Source of the DNA: Prochlorococcaceae cyanobacterium
GTDB lineage: Bacteria > Cyanobacteriota > Cyanobacteriia > PCC-6307 > Cyanobiaceae
Direction of reading: 5' to 3'
Assembly (NCBI GenBank): GCA_044375975.1
Contig: JBILLQ010000006.1
Location: 1,901 to 65,900, forward strand
DNA: 64,000 nt
The translations under genes were made by a program, and so were the position numbers. A model generated the notes under the pieces. The model saw nothing but the letters and a program-made list of their open reading frames with translations, had not been told where the DNA came from and did not search any database. Within the stretch, counting starts at the first letter, position 1. Each line of letters starts with the position of its first letter. This document shows positions 28,592-37,787 of this stretch, piece by piece.

Positions 28592-30850
28592 TCAGCTGCC
28601 CTTGGCTTTGCACAGGTCGCTGACAAGCTGCTGCTCAGCATCACTGCGGGGACCCTCCCATGTTTTCCACTGGCCGCTCTGGCTGGTGGAGTTGAGTTTG
28701 CGGGCGCCGCAATTGATCGCCGTATAGAGAGGCTGACCCTCGCCATTGAGGCTGGGGGCCACGTAGCTGCCACCCATCGATTGCCAGTTGGCCCAATCCA
28801 CGCTAATCGGCCCGTAGGTGCGCCAGTCAGGAGCAATATTTTTCGCCGTTTTGCCGCTGTCCAGGGGCTTGCTGCCCCCCAGGGCTCTACTGCTAACCGC
28901 ACTGCTAACTGCACCACCGCCAGCAGGGGCGGCACCGCTATCAGTGGTGGCAATTTTGGCGCTGGTTCCTGCTGCTGCTGCTGCTGCTGATGATGATTGG
29001 CCGCCAACTCTGCCAGCGACACCCCTGGCAGAAGCATTTGCCGCAGCAGTATTTGCCGCGGAACTGTTCGGGGTCGAGCCGTTCGTGGCGGAACTGTTCG
29101 GGGCTGCACTGTTCGGGGCTGCACTGTTCAATGTGGAACTGTTTAATATTGAATTGTTTTGTGCGGAGCCACTGGCTGTTGGGCTGGTCCTGGCGGCTGG
29201 TTTCGCTGTGATTGGGCTTGATTTTTCTGGTTTGGGATTGGCTGAGTTGCCGGAGCCGGCACCTGAGCTGGCCATGCTTGCGGCAGTGGTTGCTGCGGCT
29301 GGCGAGGCAATAGCTGCTTTCTTGGCGGGCGCGGTGCCATTGGCAGTTCCAGTGGCAGTGGCAGTGCCAGTTGCAGTGGTATTGGCAGTAGTAGTAGTGT
29401 TGGCAGTTGCAGTAGCGGTCGTTGCCGCAGACTGGCCAGCGGCTGTGATTGGGACTGGGTTGGCCTTAGCCGTTGTTGATTTGCCTGTTGTTGGTTTGCC
29501 AGGTATTGCGCCGCCAGTTGTATTAATTACCACTGGACTGCTGGTGGGCCTACTGGTTTGGCCTTGGCCAAAGGCGGGGCTGGTGGTGCCTGGATTTGGC
29601 GTTACCCGGGGCTTGTTGGTGGGAGCGGCTGGGAAGGATTGCCCTGGGTTGGCAGCCGTAGTTGCCTTGGCGCTGGCTTTGGGTGCCGCTGGCTTGGCAG
29701 GGGCTGGTTTGGCGGCGACCTGGCTGGCGCTGCCAGTTGGTTTGACAGGGTTACTGGGTTTGGTTGGGGTCACCGGCGGCGGCGCCGTGAGCTTGAGGCG
29801 GGTGCCGCTGAGTACTAGATCGGGGTTGCTGATGTTGTTGATCACCACCAATTTGTCCATTGGCACTTTGTATCCATCGGCAATTTGGGAGAGGCTCTCC
29901 CCCGATTGCACCACGTGCTCCTTGGCTTTGGGGTTGTAGGCCTGCCCTGCAGGTTTGGCTGTGGCAGACCTGGATGTGCTGCTGCTCGGGGCCGTGACTT
30001 GAGTGCCTGGAATTAATAACTGGCTACCGGCCTGGAGTTGGCTGGGATCGCCAATGCGGTTGCGCTGCATTAGTTGATTCACCGTGGTGTCATAACGCTC
30101 GGCAATTTCCGAGAGGGTTTCACCCTCTTTCACGCTGTAGGAGAAGCTGCGACCACTGGTCCCAGGGGCGGCTGCTCCACCATCTCGGCCGCCGCGGCTG
30201 CTGTTCGCCGTGGTAACGGCACCGCCAGGCAGCAGCAGGCGCTGGCCGGCTTGCACCAGCTTGGGATTCTCGATGCCATTGGCCCGCATCAACTGCTGGA
30301 GGCCAACGCCGTTGCGTTCGGCGATCTCGGAGAGGGTCTCGCCGGGCTGCACCACCACCGTGCCGGTTTTGGCGCTACCGTTCGGGCCGCCGTTGGCTCG
30401 GCCGCCGCTGCGGCTCCTGTTCGCCGTGGTGGCGGCACCGCCAGGCAGCAGTAGGCGCTGGCCGGCTTGCACCAGCTTGGGATTCTCGATGCCATTTGCC
30501 CGCATCAGCTGCTGGAGGCCAACGCCGTTGCGTTCGGCGATCTCGGAGAGGGTCTCGCCGGGCTGCACCACCACCGTGCCGGTTTTGGCGCCACCGTTCG
30601 GGCCGCCGTTGGCTCGGCTGCCGCGGCTCCTGCCCGATGGGGCCGTTGCACCGCCAGGCAGCACCAGGCGCTGGCCGGCCTGCACCAGCTTGGGATTCTC
30701 GATGCCATTGGCCCGCATCAGCTGCTGGAGGCCAACGCCATTGCGCTCGGCGATCTCGGAAAGGGTCTCGCCGGGCTGCACCACCAGATCGGCAAGGCCA
30801 GGCAGGGGGAGGGCCACCGCCAGAACCAGGGCGGCAAGGGCGCGGCGCAT
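28592..30850 (-). CDS. Secreted LysM-repeat peptidoglycan-binding protein with long Pro/Ala/Thr/Asn low-complexity spacer
   Basis: Signal peptide MRRALAALVLAVALPLPGLA. There are five LysM modules (VVQPGETLSEIAERNGVGLQQLMRANGIENPKLVQAGQRL x3, plus two divergent). A ~330-aa low-complexity region and a Cys-containing C-terminal domain follow. Confidence 0.9.
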   Translation of the reverse strand: MRRALAALVLAVALPLPGLADLVVQPGETLSEIAERNGVGLQQLMRANGIENPKLVQAGQRLVLPGGATAPSGRSRGSRANGGPNGGAKTGTVVVQPGETLSEIAERNGVGLQQLMRANGIENPKLVQAGQRLLLPGGAATTANRSRSGGRANGGPNGSAKTGTVVVQPGETLSEIAERNGVGLQQLMRANGIENPKLVQAGQRLLLPGGAVTTANSSRGGRDGGAAAPGTSGRSFSYSVKEGETLSEIAERYDTTVNQLMQRNRIGDPSQLQAGSQLLIPGTQVTAPSSSTSRSATAKPAGQAYNPKAKEHVVQSGESLSQIADGYKVPMDKLVVINNISNPDLVLSGTRLKLTAPPPVTPTKPSNPVKPTGSASQVAAKPAPAKPAAPKASAKATTAANPGQSFPAAPTNKPRVTPNPGTTSPAFGQGQTSRPTSSPVVINTTGGAIPGKPTTGKSTTAKANPVPITAAGQSAATTATATANTTTTANTTATGTATATGTANGTAPAKKAAIASPAAATTAASMASSGAGSGNSANPKPEKSSPITAKPAARTSPTASGSAQNNSILNSSTLNSAAPNSAAPNSSATNGSTPNSSAANTAAANASARGVAGRVGGQSSSAAAAAAGTSAKIATTDSGAAPAGGGAVSSAVSSRALGGSKPLDSGKTAKNIAPDWRTYGPISVDWANWQSMGGSYVAPSLNGEGQPLYTAINCGARKLNSTSQSGQWKTWEGPRSDAEQQLVSDLCKAKGS
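30218..30790. repeat. 216/213-bp tandem repeat (about 2.7 copies) encoding near-identical LysM modules
   Basis: Copy starts are at 30218, 30434 and 30647, and the copies are almost identical at nucleotide level. Confidence 0.85.
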
Positions 30851-30855
30851 GGAAG

Positions 30856-31080
30856 CACTTCTAACCAGAGACTCAGGTTAAGATGCCTTTGACTTCCTCC
30901 CCGCCGTGAACAGCGGAGATTCCTTCTACGCTAGGCATGGGAATGCCTCACCGATCGGGTGGGTTGGCGCTTCACAGCCTGCTGCCACCGCAAGGGTGGA
31001 CTTATGCGCGGCTCCACGCCCGTTTCGACTCTCCGCCAGTCCGGCGGCGAGAATGTTCAAAGCGGCGTTGATATCGCGGT
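30856..31080 (-). ncRNA. Predicted TnpB-associated omega/right-end RNA (extent approximate)
   Basis: In IS605-family elements this RNA spans the tnpB 3' end plus the right end. A 9-bp hairpin TCTCCGCTG-TTCA-CGGCGGGGA (30898-30919) followed by GGAAGTCAAAG lies 7-28 nt after the tnpB stop. Confidence 0.35.
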
Positions 31081-32330
31081 CGTGAACCGTTTCGCAACTC
31101 GGGCACTGCCATTCCCGAATCGACAGCTCCTTTTTGCCATCCTTATGGCCGCAGGCTGAACAGACCTGGCTGGTGGGCAGCCATCGGTTGATTACCACCA
31201 CTTGGCGGTCGTATTGCGCAGCCTTGGATTCCAGCAGGGTGCGGAACTGCCGCCAACCCGCATCGGCGATCGAGCGGGCCAGATTTTTGTTTTTGAGCAT
31301 CCCCGACACATTCAGGTCTTCCAGCACCACCGTTTGGTTTTCGCGGATGATGCGGGTCGAGAGCTGATGCAAAAAATCGAGGCGCTTGTCTGCAACGGCG
31401 GCATGGAGTTTTGCCACCTGCCGCCTGGCAGCCGCCAAGCGATTGGAACCCTTTTGCTTATGCTTGAGGTGCCGCTGCAGCCGCCGCAGCCGCTTCAGCG
31501 CAGAGCGCAGAAACTTCGGCGGGGCGATCTTTTCACCGGCTGATGTGACGGCGAGGGATGCCAAGCCCAGGTCAATGCCGATCGCCTTGCCATTGGCAGG
31601 CAGAGGCGTTGGCTCCACTTCCACCACAAAGCTGGCGAAATAGCGCCCGCTGGCGTCACGAATTACCGTGACGCTGCTGGGAGCCGATGGCAGATCCCGG
31701 CTCCATTCGATCGGGACAATGCCGATCTTGCTCAGCGTCAGCGTCTGTTCGCCCGTGCGGAATACATGGGCCATGAAGCGGATCGACTGAGCCCCACGAC
31801 GCTTTTTAAAGCGAGGCGCCCGCACCTTCGGCCCTTTGCGCTTGCCGCTCAGGCTGGCCCACCAGTTGCGGAACGCCTGATCCAGGTCGCGTACGGACTG
31901 CTGCAGCACCACATTGCTGGGGTTCGACAGCCAGGACCTTTCAGGGATTTGCTTGGCCTGAGTGATGCAGAGCTTCGCCAGCACCGGGTAGCTGCTCTTC
32001 TTGCCTGCGGCGTACAGCTCACGGCTTTTGGCCAAGGCGTCGTTCCAGACCACCCGCGCACAGCCGAACGCCTTTGCCAGCGCCAGCTGTTGATGGGGGT
32101 GCGGGTAGAGGCGGTAGCGGTAGCGTTGCTTCACACCAACCATCATGCCAACGTTGTGGTGTAATGGCGCAGCCACCGCTCAGGCGAGGTAGGCACAGCA
32201 TTTTGAGGTTGATTATTACCTAGGTCTTTGTTTCCAAATGCCGCAAAAAAGCTTGGGCGACGCCGCACTGGAGCGGATGCACGGAGTCTGCCTGGGCGTC
32301 GCCCAGAAGATGGGCTGATGGGCTTCCAGC
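30870..32330 (-). mobile_element. IS200/IS605-family, IS1341-like tnpA-less element (ends not determined)
   Basis: An intact tnpB, a right-end hairpin, and an 11-bp inverted repeat (32254-32264 / 32295-32305) 108-160 nt upstream of the tnpB ATG as a candidate left-end hairpin. No tnpA is present in the window. Confidence 0.4.
30926..32146 (-). CDS. tnpB: TnpB (OrfB) RNA-guided endonuclease
   Basis: Starts MMVGVKQRYRYRLYPHPHQQLALAKAFGCARVVWNDAL. The RuvC triad context is AIGIDLGL, VVLEDLNV and HDRDINAALNI. The zinc ribbon is CSACGHKDG..WQCPSCETV. Confidence 0.9.
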   Translation of the reverse strand: MMVGVKQRYRYRLYPHPHQQLALAKAFGCARVVWNDALAKSRELYAAGKKSSYPVLAKLCITQAKQIPERSWLSNPSNVVLQQSVRDLDQAFRNWWASLSGKRKGPKVRAPRFKKRRGAQSIRFMAHVFRTGEQTLTLSKIGIVPIEWSRDLPSAPSSVTVIRDASGRYFASFVVEVEPTPLPANGKAIGIDLGLASLAVTSAGEKIAPPKFLRSALKRLRRLQRHLKHKQKGSNRLAAARRQVAKLHAAVADKRLDFLHQLSTRIIRENQTVVLEDLNVSGMLKNKNLARSIADAGWRQFRTLLESKAAQYDRQVVVINRWLPTSQVCSACGHKDGKKELSIREWQCPSCETVHDRDINAALNILAAGLAESRNGRGAAHKSTLAVAAGCEAPTHPIGEAFPCLA

Positions 32331-32455
32331 TATTGGAGCTGAACGGCGAGGCGGACAACTTTGCTGATGGTGGGGGGCGCCTCGCACATCGCCACTCCTC
32401 GGCGCGGGATCAGCGCATAATTTATGCCATTATTTTTATATAAATCACACAATTA

Positions 32456-32492
32456 GGTTTATGTAAAATATTTTATAAATTTTACATAAACC
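32456..32492 (-). terminator. AT-rich perfect 14-bp palindrome overlapping the ALDH stop codon (possible intrinsic terminator)
   Basis: ggtttatgtaaaat-attttataa-attttacataaacc. On the ALDH strand it is followed by taattgtgtgatttatat. It sits in a ~100-bp AT-rich patch in a GC-rich context. Confidence 0.35.
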
Positions 32493-33900
32493 ATTTCATC
32501 AGCTTTAATTTATCGCCATAGGGGGGATATCGCAAAGGCATATCTAGCCAGAAGGGGCGGCTTACCACGCTGCGTTGATGGCTGAAGCTGCGGAAGCCCG
32601 CTTCTCCATGGCCTTGGCCCATGCCGCTGGCACCCACCCCCCCGAAGGGCAGTTCGGCCGCCACGGCCTGGATCACCACATCGTTGAACACCACGCCGCC
32701 GGAACTGCTGGCCTCCAATACCCGCTGCTGGGCTGCGGCACTGCGGCTGAACAGGTAGAGCGCCAGCGGCTTGGGGGCCCGCCGCACCTGGGCCAGGGCT
32801 TGTTCCAGGTTGTTCACTGTCATTACCGGCAGTAGCGGGCCGAACAGTTCCTCCTGCATCAGTGGGTCTTCCAGGCTGTCCACCGCCAGCACCGTGGGTT
32901 CAATGCGCCGCTCGCTGGCATCGCTGCCACCGCCCACCAGTACCTGGCCGCGCTGCCGAGCTCCCTCCAGCAGTTTCTCCAAGCGATGGAAATGACTGGC
33001 GTTGACAATCCGAGTGAGGTCTGGATTGGTTAGCGGCTTGTCGCCATAGAACTGGCGCAGTTCCTTAGCGATCTCGGCCACCAGGGCATCGCGCACCGCT
33101 GGCTGCACCAGCACATGGTCGGGGGCGATGCAGGTTTGGCCGGCGTTGAGGCCTTTGCCCCAGGCCAGGCGCCGAGCGGTGATGGTGATGTCGGCGTCGT
33201 CCAGCACGATCACCGGACTCTTTCCCCCCAGTTCCAGGGTCACCGGCGTCAGCTGCTTGGCGGCTGCCTGCATAACCAAGCTGCCAACCCGGCTGCTGCC
33301 GGTAAAAAAAATGTGGTCAAACGGCTCTTCCAGCAGTTGGGCCGCGGTATCGGCGCCGCCGAGCACCACCTGTAGCTGCTCGGCGGCGAAGGCCTCGGGC
33401 AAGATGCGGGCGATCAGGGCGGCGGTGTGGGGTGCCTGCTCCGATGGCTTGAGCACCACGCTATTGCCGGCGGCCAGGGCGCTGACCAAGGGGTGAATGC
33501 AGAGCTGAAATGGATAGTTCCAGGGGGCGATGATCAGTACACAGCCCAGGGGCTCGCACTGCTGCCAAACCCGCCCTGGGCGCAGCACAAGATCGACTGG
33601 AAAGGGTTTAGCTTTGATCCAATGGGGCAGCTGGCGACGACAGAGTTTGATTTCCCTGCGCACTGTCGCCAGCTCGGCATGGGCCTCCAACGCAGCTTTG
33701 CCCAGGTCGTTAGCCAGGGCCTCAACTATCTCGTCTTCGTGTAGCTTTAATAGCTCTTCTAGCCGTGTTAGCTGTTGCAATCGCCAGCTCAGGGGACGGG
33801 TGACGCCCATTAACACAGGTTCCCGCATCGCCGCCAAGCTTGGCTTCAGCAGCGGACTCAAGGCCACTGGGCTAGGCAGGGAACTGGTCATGGCAGGCAA
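32482..33900 (-). CDS. NAD(P)+ aldehyde dehydrogenase, class 3-like
   Basis: 472 aa with the ELGGKSP motif and catalytic Cys context GQTCIAPDHVLV. APWNYPF is near the N-terminus. Confidence 0.9.
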   Translation of the reverse strand: MPAMTSSLPSPVALSPLLKPSLAAMREPVLMGVTRPLSWRLQQLTRLEELLKLHEDEIVEALANDLGKAALEAHAELATVRREIKLCRRQLPHWIKAKPFPVDLVLRPGRVWQQCEPLGCVLIIAPWNYPFQLCIHPLVSALAAGNSVVLKPSEQAPHTAALIARILPEAFAAEQLQVVLGGADTAAQLLEEPFDHIFFTGSSRVGSLVMQAAAKQLTPVTLELGGKSPVIVLDDADITITARRLAWGKGLNAGQTCIAPDHVLVQPAVRDALVAEIAKELRQFYGDKPLTNPDLTRIVNASHFHRLEKLLEGARQRGQVLVGGGSDASERRIEPTVLAVDSLEDPLMQEELFGPLLPVMTVNNLEQALAQVRRAPKPLALYLFSRSAAAQQRVLEASSSGGVVFNDVVIQAVAAELPFGGVGASGMGQGHGEAGFRSFSHQRSVVSRPFWLDMPLRYPPYGDKLKLMKWFM

Positions 33901-34008
33901 TTTTGCTGGTATTAGAGGGCATTTCAGCCTTGGGGCTCTTGGCTGCTCAGGCGGCTCAGTCAGGCGGCTGAGGTTGCTCAGGCTGGCTGGGGGATATTCA
34001 GAGTTTTC

Positions 34009-34701
34009 TTAGAGCCATTCGAGTTCGCTGTTGTGTTTGCAGACCTGATGGTAGGCGATGCGAATGTCTTCAATCAGGGCTTTAATGGCGGGGCGATTCA
34101 GGTTTTCGCTGCGGATGAGGGCGACATCTGTGCAGATTGGTCCTGGGTTTTGCTGGCAAGACTGGTCTTGATTGCCTGTGGCCGGCTTTGATTTGGTGAT
34201 CGTTGACCGCAGCTCCAGGGGGTAGCGCACTAGGCCGATGGCGGTCCAGGGCCCCCAGCTGAATGGCTCCCGGTCGAGCAGGTCTTGGCAGGGCAGCACC
34301 TCCAGGCCACAGACGACAGCTAGGTCTAGCACTCTCGCATCAAGGAGTTGCAGGGTGCGTTCTTCTTCTTGCCAATGCCGCGGCAGGGGGGGAGACTTCA
34401 GCTGACGCAGCAGGGCGGTTTCATTCCACCAGCTGCCGACCCAGTTGAGATGGGAGGCACCGCGGCGCATCCGCATCAGCTGGGATGCTTGCCGCAAGGA
34501 ATACAGTACTTCTTGGTTGCGGTGGGCCCTGTAGGTGCCGTTTATTTTTCTAAATCCGAGATCCAGAGACTGACTTACATGTCGATATATGCGCGATACC
34601 GAGCTTTGGTCGCAGTTGGTCAGAGATGCCACGACATTGGTGCTGGGCGTGACTTCCAACAGGTCAATGATTGGCAGGCAGTCAATCAGGATGTCGCGCA
34701 T
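34009..34701 (-). CDS. Hypothetical protein with LysR-like HTH-looking N-terminus
   Basis: 230-aa ORF. ..VVASLTNCDQSSVSRIYRHVSQSL.. resembles a LysR-type HTH, and no effector domain is recognisable. Confidence 0.5.
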   Translation of the reverse strand: MRDILIDCLPIIDLLEVTPSTNVVASLTNCDQSSVSRIYRHVSQSLDLGFRKINGTYRAHRNQEVLYSLRQASQLMRMRRGASHLNWVGSWWNETALLRQLKSPPLPRHWQEEERTLQLLDARVLDLAVVCGLEVLPCQDLLDREPFSWGPWTAIGLVRYPLELRSTITKSKPATGNQDQSCQQNPGPICTDVALIRSENLNRPAIKALIEDIRIAYHQVCKHNSELEWL

Positions 34702-34787
34702 CGCTCTGGGCTCGGTGGTAGGGGGGTGTAATTAAGAGATTGATGAAACTATTGGCTCCGATGGCGGCTGCTTAGGCCCATGTTGAC

Positions 34788-34935
34788 GTCCTGGTGAGTA
34801 TTAGAATCCTGATGCATATTGAAGCCCTGCCGAGTGCCTGAATCCTGCTGCATGCTGCAAGCCTGCTGCGTATTGGAATCCTGCTGTGTGTTGGCATTGC
34901 ATTATGCGCTGGAGTTGTGATGTCTATTGGCGTGA
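34788..34935. repeat. Degenerate ~17-20-bp periodic array upstream of 34009-34701
   Basis: Recurring tattRgaatcctgMtgca-like units (gtattagaatcctgatgca, gcctgaatcctgctgca, gtattggaatcctgctgtgt ...). Confidence 0.4.
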
Positions 34936-35745
34936 TGCGGCTTGCTGGTTTGGGGATGAGACATGGCCGGCTATTCGGGTTGAGTATTTGAGCTGGTGCT
35001 GAGATTGATTGGGCTTGTTATTTGCTAGCGATTCTCTGGCAAGCCGCGGTTGGGCCTGTGGGGCCGATGGGGTGGCCTGGGATCCCAGGCCTGAAAGTCG
35101 CTTGATTTGCGGCGGTCCAGGGCTTGCTTGCGCCTGGTTTCGTTGCGCTGCTCGGCCTGAGCCAGCGGGCTTCTGGTTGGGGTTATTTGGGTTTGAGAGT
35201 AAATACTGTTATTTTTTTGAGTGCCGATGCTCAGCAATAGAAGATCAGCTTTCCTCCATGGTCGTATCAATATCAGTTGTGATTTGGCATTCATTGTTGA
35301 ATAATGTGTGTTGATTTGGTTGCCGCGGTCGCAAGCCTTCTGGAGGAAAAGCTGTGCGTAATTGTGTGTCCAGATCAGCGATTGGTCTTGGCTGAATTTG
35401 GCAGGGATCCGGGCTGGATCGCTCTGGATTGGTGTTGCAATAACTGTGCCACCTGGGGTCCTTTTGAGTTGTGGACTGAATGTCACTTTTTTGTCATCTT
35501 GCTGACACATGGCTGTCATGCAGGTGACAGCTGGTGCCGCTGGGGCTGGTGCTGCTCGCTTGCGCTCGGGGTTGTGGTTGCTCGCTTGCGCTCGGGGTTG
35601 GCGCTCTGTCCCTTCCTTTGGCGTGCGGTATCGGGCCAGTGCAGATGGCTTTTCTTTAATAACTATTCCAGGCCCGGCAGCACTGAATTCTGGGACGCGG
35701 CCGGCATTCGGCGTTAATTGAATGCTGAACTTGCATGCAACTTAA

Positions 35746-36063
35746 GTGCAAGGCTTTTGCCACATAAGTGCAACTGGCTCTGCGGAGCCGGAGCGCTTGA
35801 GGCAGTGCTCCGCCCCGCTCAGCTCGGCAGCAGAAGGGTGTCTGCAGGAAGTCGGCCCTGCGTTGGGCGAGCTGGGAGAAGAGGGGTGCTGGGCAGGCAG
35901 CGCCTCCGCCTTCAACAGAGCGCGGCTGGAAGCCATCAGCGGCTTGGCTACTTGGCTGCCCAGCAAGCTCGTTCAGACTCTGCTGGTGACGCTGGCCAAA
36001 ACGCTCGACCTCCACCAGCGAACCCCGGTTGCTATGGGGTGGCGGAGGGTTTACCAGGTTTGA
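35746..36063 (+). CDS. Hypothetical ORF (weak)
   Basis: 105 codons with GC-rich third positions typical of real genes here. It has a GTG start and no recognisable family, and may be a gene fragment. Confidence 0.25.
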   Translation: MQGFCHISATGSAEPERLRQCSAPLSSAAEGCLQEVGPALGELGEEGCWAGSASAFNRARLEAISGLATWLPSKLVQTLLVTLAKTLDLHQRTPVAMGWRRVYQV

Positions 36064-36214
36064 CAGGGCTAGTCAGGTTTCTAACAACTTGCCGATCTGG
36101 TTAGATCACCTGTGGATGCCATAAACAATCTTCCACAATAAATCTCTATGCCTATGGGCAGAGAAGCTATTGGGGCAGAGCAGCGAATAGAGGTAGAGCC
36201 CCTGGGGGGATGGA

Positions 36215-36286
<72 letters not shown>

Positions 36287-36296
36287 ATGTGGAAGG

Positions 36297-36378
36297 TGGG
36301 CCGGGTTGGATTTGAACCAACGTAGGCAGAGCCAGCGGATTTACAGTCCGCCCCCATTAACCACTCGGGCACCGACCC
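36297..36378 (-). tRNA. tRNA-Tyr (anticodon GUA), long variable arm
   Basis: The reverse complement has acceptor GGGTCGG...CCGGCCC-A. The anticodon arm is GCGGA CTGTAAA TCCGC and the T arm is TTGGT TCAAATC CAACC. It is 10 nt upstream of tRNA-Thr. Confidence 0.95.
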
Positions 36379-36430
36379 GAACCACACCCCAAGAACTTAC
36401 CAGCCGGCCATCACCCCTGGCCCTCCCCCC

Positions 36431-36877
36431 ATGCAACTGCTTGCTCTTCACGGCCCCAACCTCAACCTGCTTGGCACCCGGGAGCCTGGCCTATACGGCA
36501 GCAGCAGCCTTGAGCAGATCAATGCTGAGCTGCAGCGGCGGGCGACGCAGCTGGGGGCCAGCGTCGACTGCTTCCAGAGCAACCACGAGGGCGCCCTGGT
36601 GGACCGGATCCAGCAGGGCCGCGGCGCCGTGGATGGGATCTTGATCAATGCCGGCGCCTACACCCACACCTCGATCGCCATTCGCGATGCCCTGCTGGCG
36701 GTCGAGATCCCCTACGTGGAGCTGCACCTGAGCAATACCCATGCCCGGGAGCCCTTTCGGCACCACTCCACCCTGGCCGACAGGGCCGTGGGGGTGATCT
36801 GTGGCTTTGGCGCCACCAGCTACCAGCTCGCCATGGAGGGGCTGGTGCAGCATCTGCGGCGGGCCGCCGGCCGCTAG
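36431..36877 (+). CDS. aroQ: Type II 3-dehydroquinate dehydratase
   Basis: [23 protein letters not shown]... and ..[24 protein letters not shown].. are canonical AroQ. Confidence 0.95.
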   Translation: MQLLALHGPNLNLLGTREPGLYGSSSLEQINAELQRRATQLGASVDCFQSNHEGALVDRIQQGRGAVDGILINAGAYTHTSIAIRDALLAVEIPYVELHLSNTHAREPFRHHSTLADRAVGVICGFGATSYQLAMEGLVQHLRRAAGR

Positions 36878-37003
36878 GTCAGCTAGGCCGGCTGGGCCAG
36901 GCGGCAGCATTGGTGCACCGCCTTTGAGCAGTCCCTTCGCCTCCTTGCCCTTTGGCTCCTGGCTTTGAGCAGCGCCGTTGAGACCCCTTTGCCCCCCCTG
37001 TCG

Positions 37004-37738
37004 ATGCAGCCAGTAGCCGCTCACCCACTAACTGCGCAGCCAGCAGCCGCTCAGCCAGCAGCCGCTTTGAAATTCGCCGCCCTGGAATCGGGCGCTCTGG
37101 AATCGGGCGCATCCGAATCGGGCGCTCCGGCAGCGGACGCGCCGGAATCGGCCAAGGCGCGGGTCAAGTGGCTGGCGGCCCCCACCAGTGGCGCTTGGCT
37201 GCAGCAGGCCCTAGCCCATCCGGAGCTGCTGTTGCTCGACCATGCCCACTGCGAGCGCAAGGCGGCCGGGGCGGCGCTGCAGCTGATGTTCCGCTATCCG
37301 GGCGATGGCGAGTTGGCTGCGGTGCTCAGCCCCCTGGCGCGAGAGGAGCTGGAACACTTCGAGCGGGTGCTGGCTTTGTTGGAGAGGCGCGGCATCGCCA
37401 TGCGGCCCCTGGCGGCGCCGCCCTATGGCGCCGGTTTGGCCCGGCAGGTGCGCCGCGAGGAGCCCCAGCGGATGCTGGATAGCTTCCTGGTGGCGGGCTT
37501 GATCGAGGCCCGCAGCCATGAGCGTTTGGCCCTGCTGGCCCACCACAGCCCCGACGCCTGCCTGCGGGCTCTATACGGCGATCTGCTGGCCAGTGAGGCG
37601 CGCCACTTTGGCCTCTACTGGCTGTTGTGCGAGCGGCGCTGGCCCCGGCAGCTGGTGATGGAGCGGCTGACGCAACTGGCCCAAGCGGAGGCCGAGCTGT
37701 TGGCCTCACTGCATCCCCAGCCCCGCCTGCACAGTTGA
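37004..37738 (+). CDS. miaE: tRNA-(ms2io6A37) hydroxylase MiaE with repeat-containing N-terminal extension
   Basis: The di-iron motif context is LLLLDHAHCERKAAGAAL, ..EELEHFERV.. and ..LIEARSHERL... ATG 37004 is preferred over TTG 36965. Confidence 0.85.
   Translation: MQPVAAHPLTAQPAAAQPAAALKFAALESGALESGASESGAPAADAPESAKARVKWLAAPTSGAWLQQALAHPELLLLDHAHCERKAAGAALQLMFRYPGDGELAAVLSPLAREELEHFERVLALLERRGIAMRPLAAPPYGAGLARQVRREEPQRMLDSFLVAGLIEARSHERLALLAHHSPDACLRALYGDLLASEARHFGLYWLLCERRWPRQLVMERLTQLAQAEAELLASLHPQPRLHS
37082..37156. repeat. In-frame 15-bp x5 tandem repeat in the miaE 5' region
   Basis: Units are ctggaatcgggcgct / ctggaatcgggcgca / tccgaatcgggcgct / ccggcagcggacgcg / ccggaatcggccaag, encoding [25 protein letters not shown]. 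Confidence 0.8.
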
Positions 37739-37787
37739 GGCCGCGCCCTGCCCCGCCTCGACCCACCCCGCTTCTACCGGCCCTGGC

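Noticed and set aside
35025-35519. A 164-aa minus-strand ORF in the gene-poor region near the tRNAs.
   Set aside because: It has no recognisable motifs, a low-complexity basic C-terminus, atypical codon usage for this genome, and a start codon buried in a hairpin. It is kept only as part of the gene-poor-region finding.
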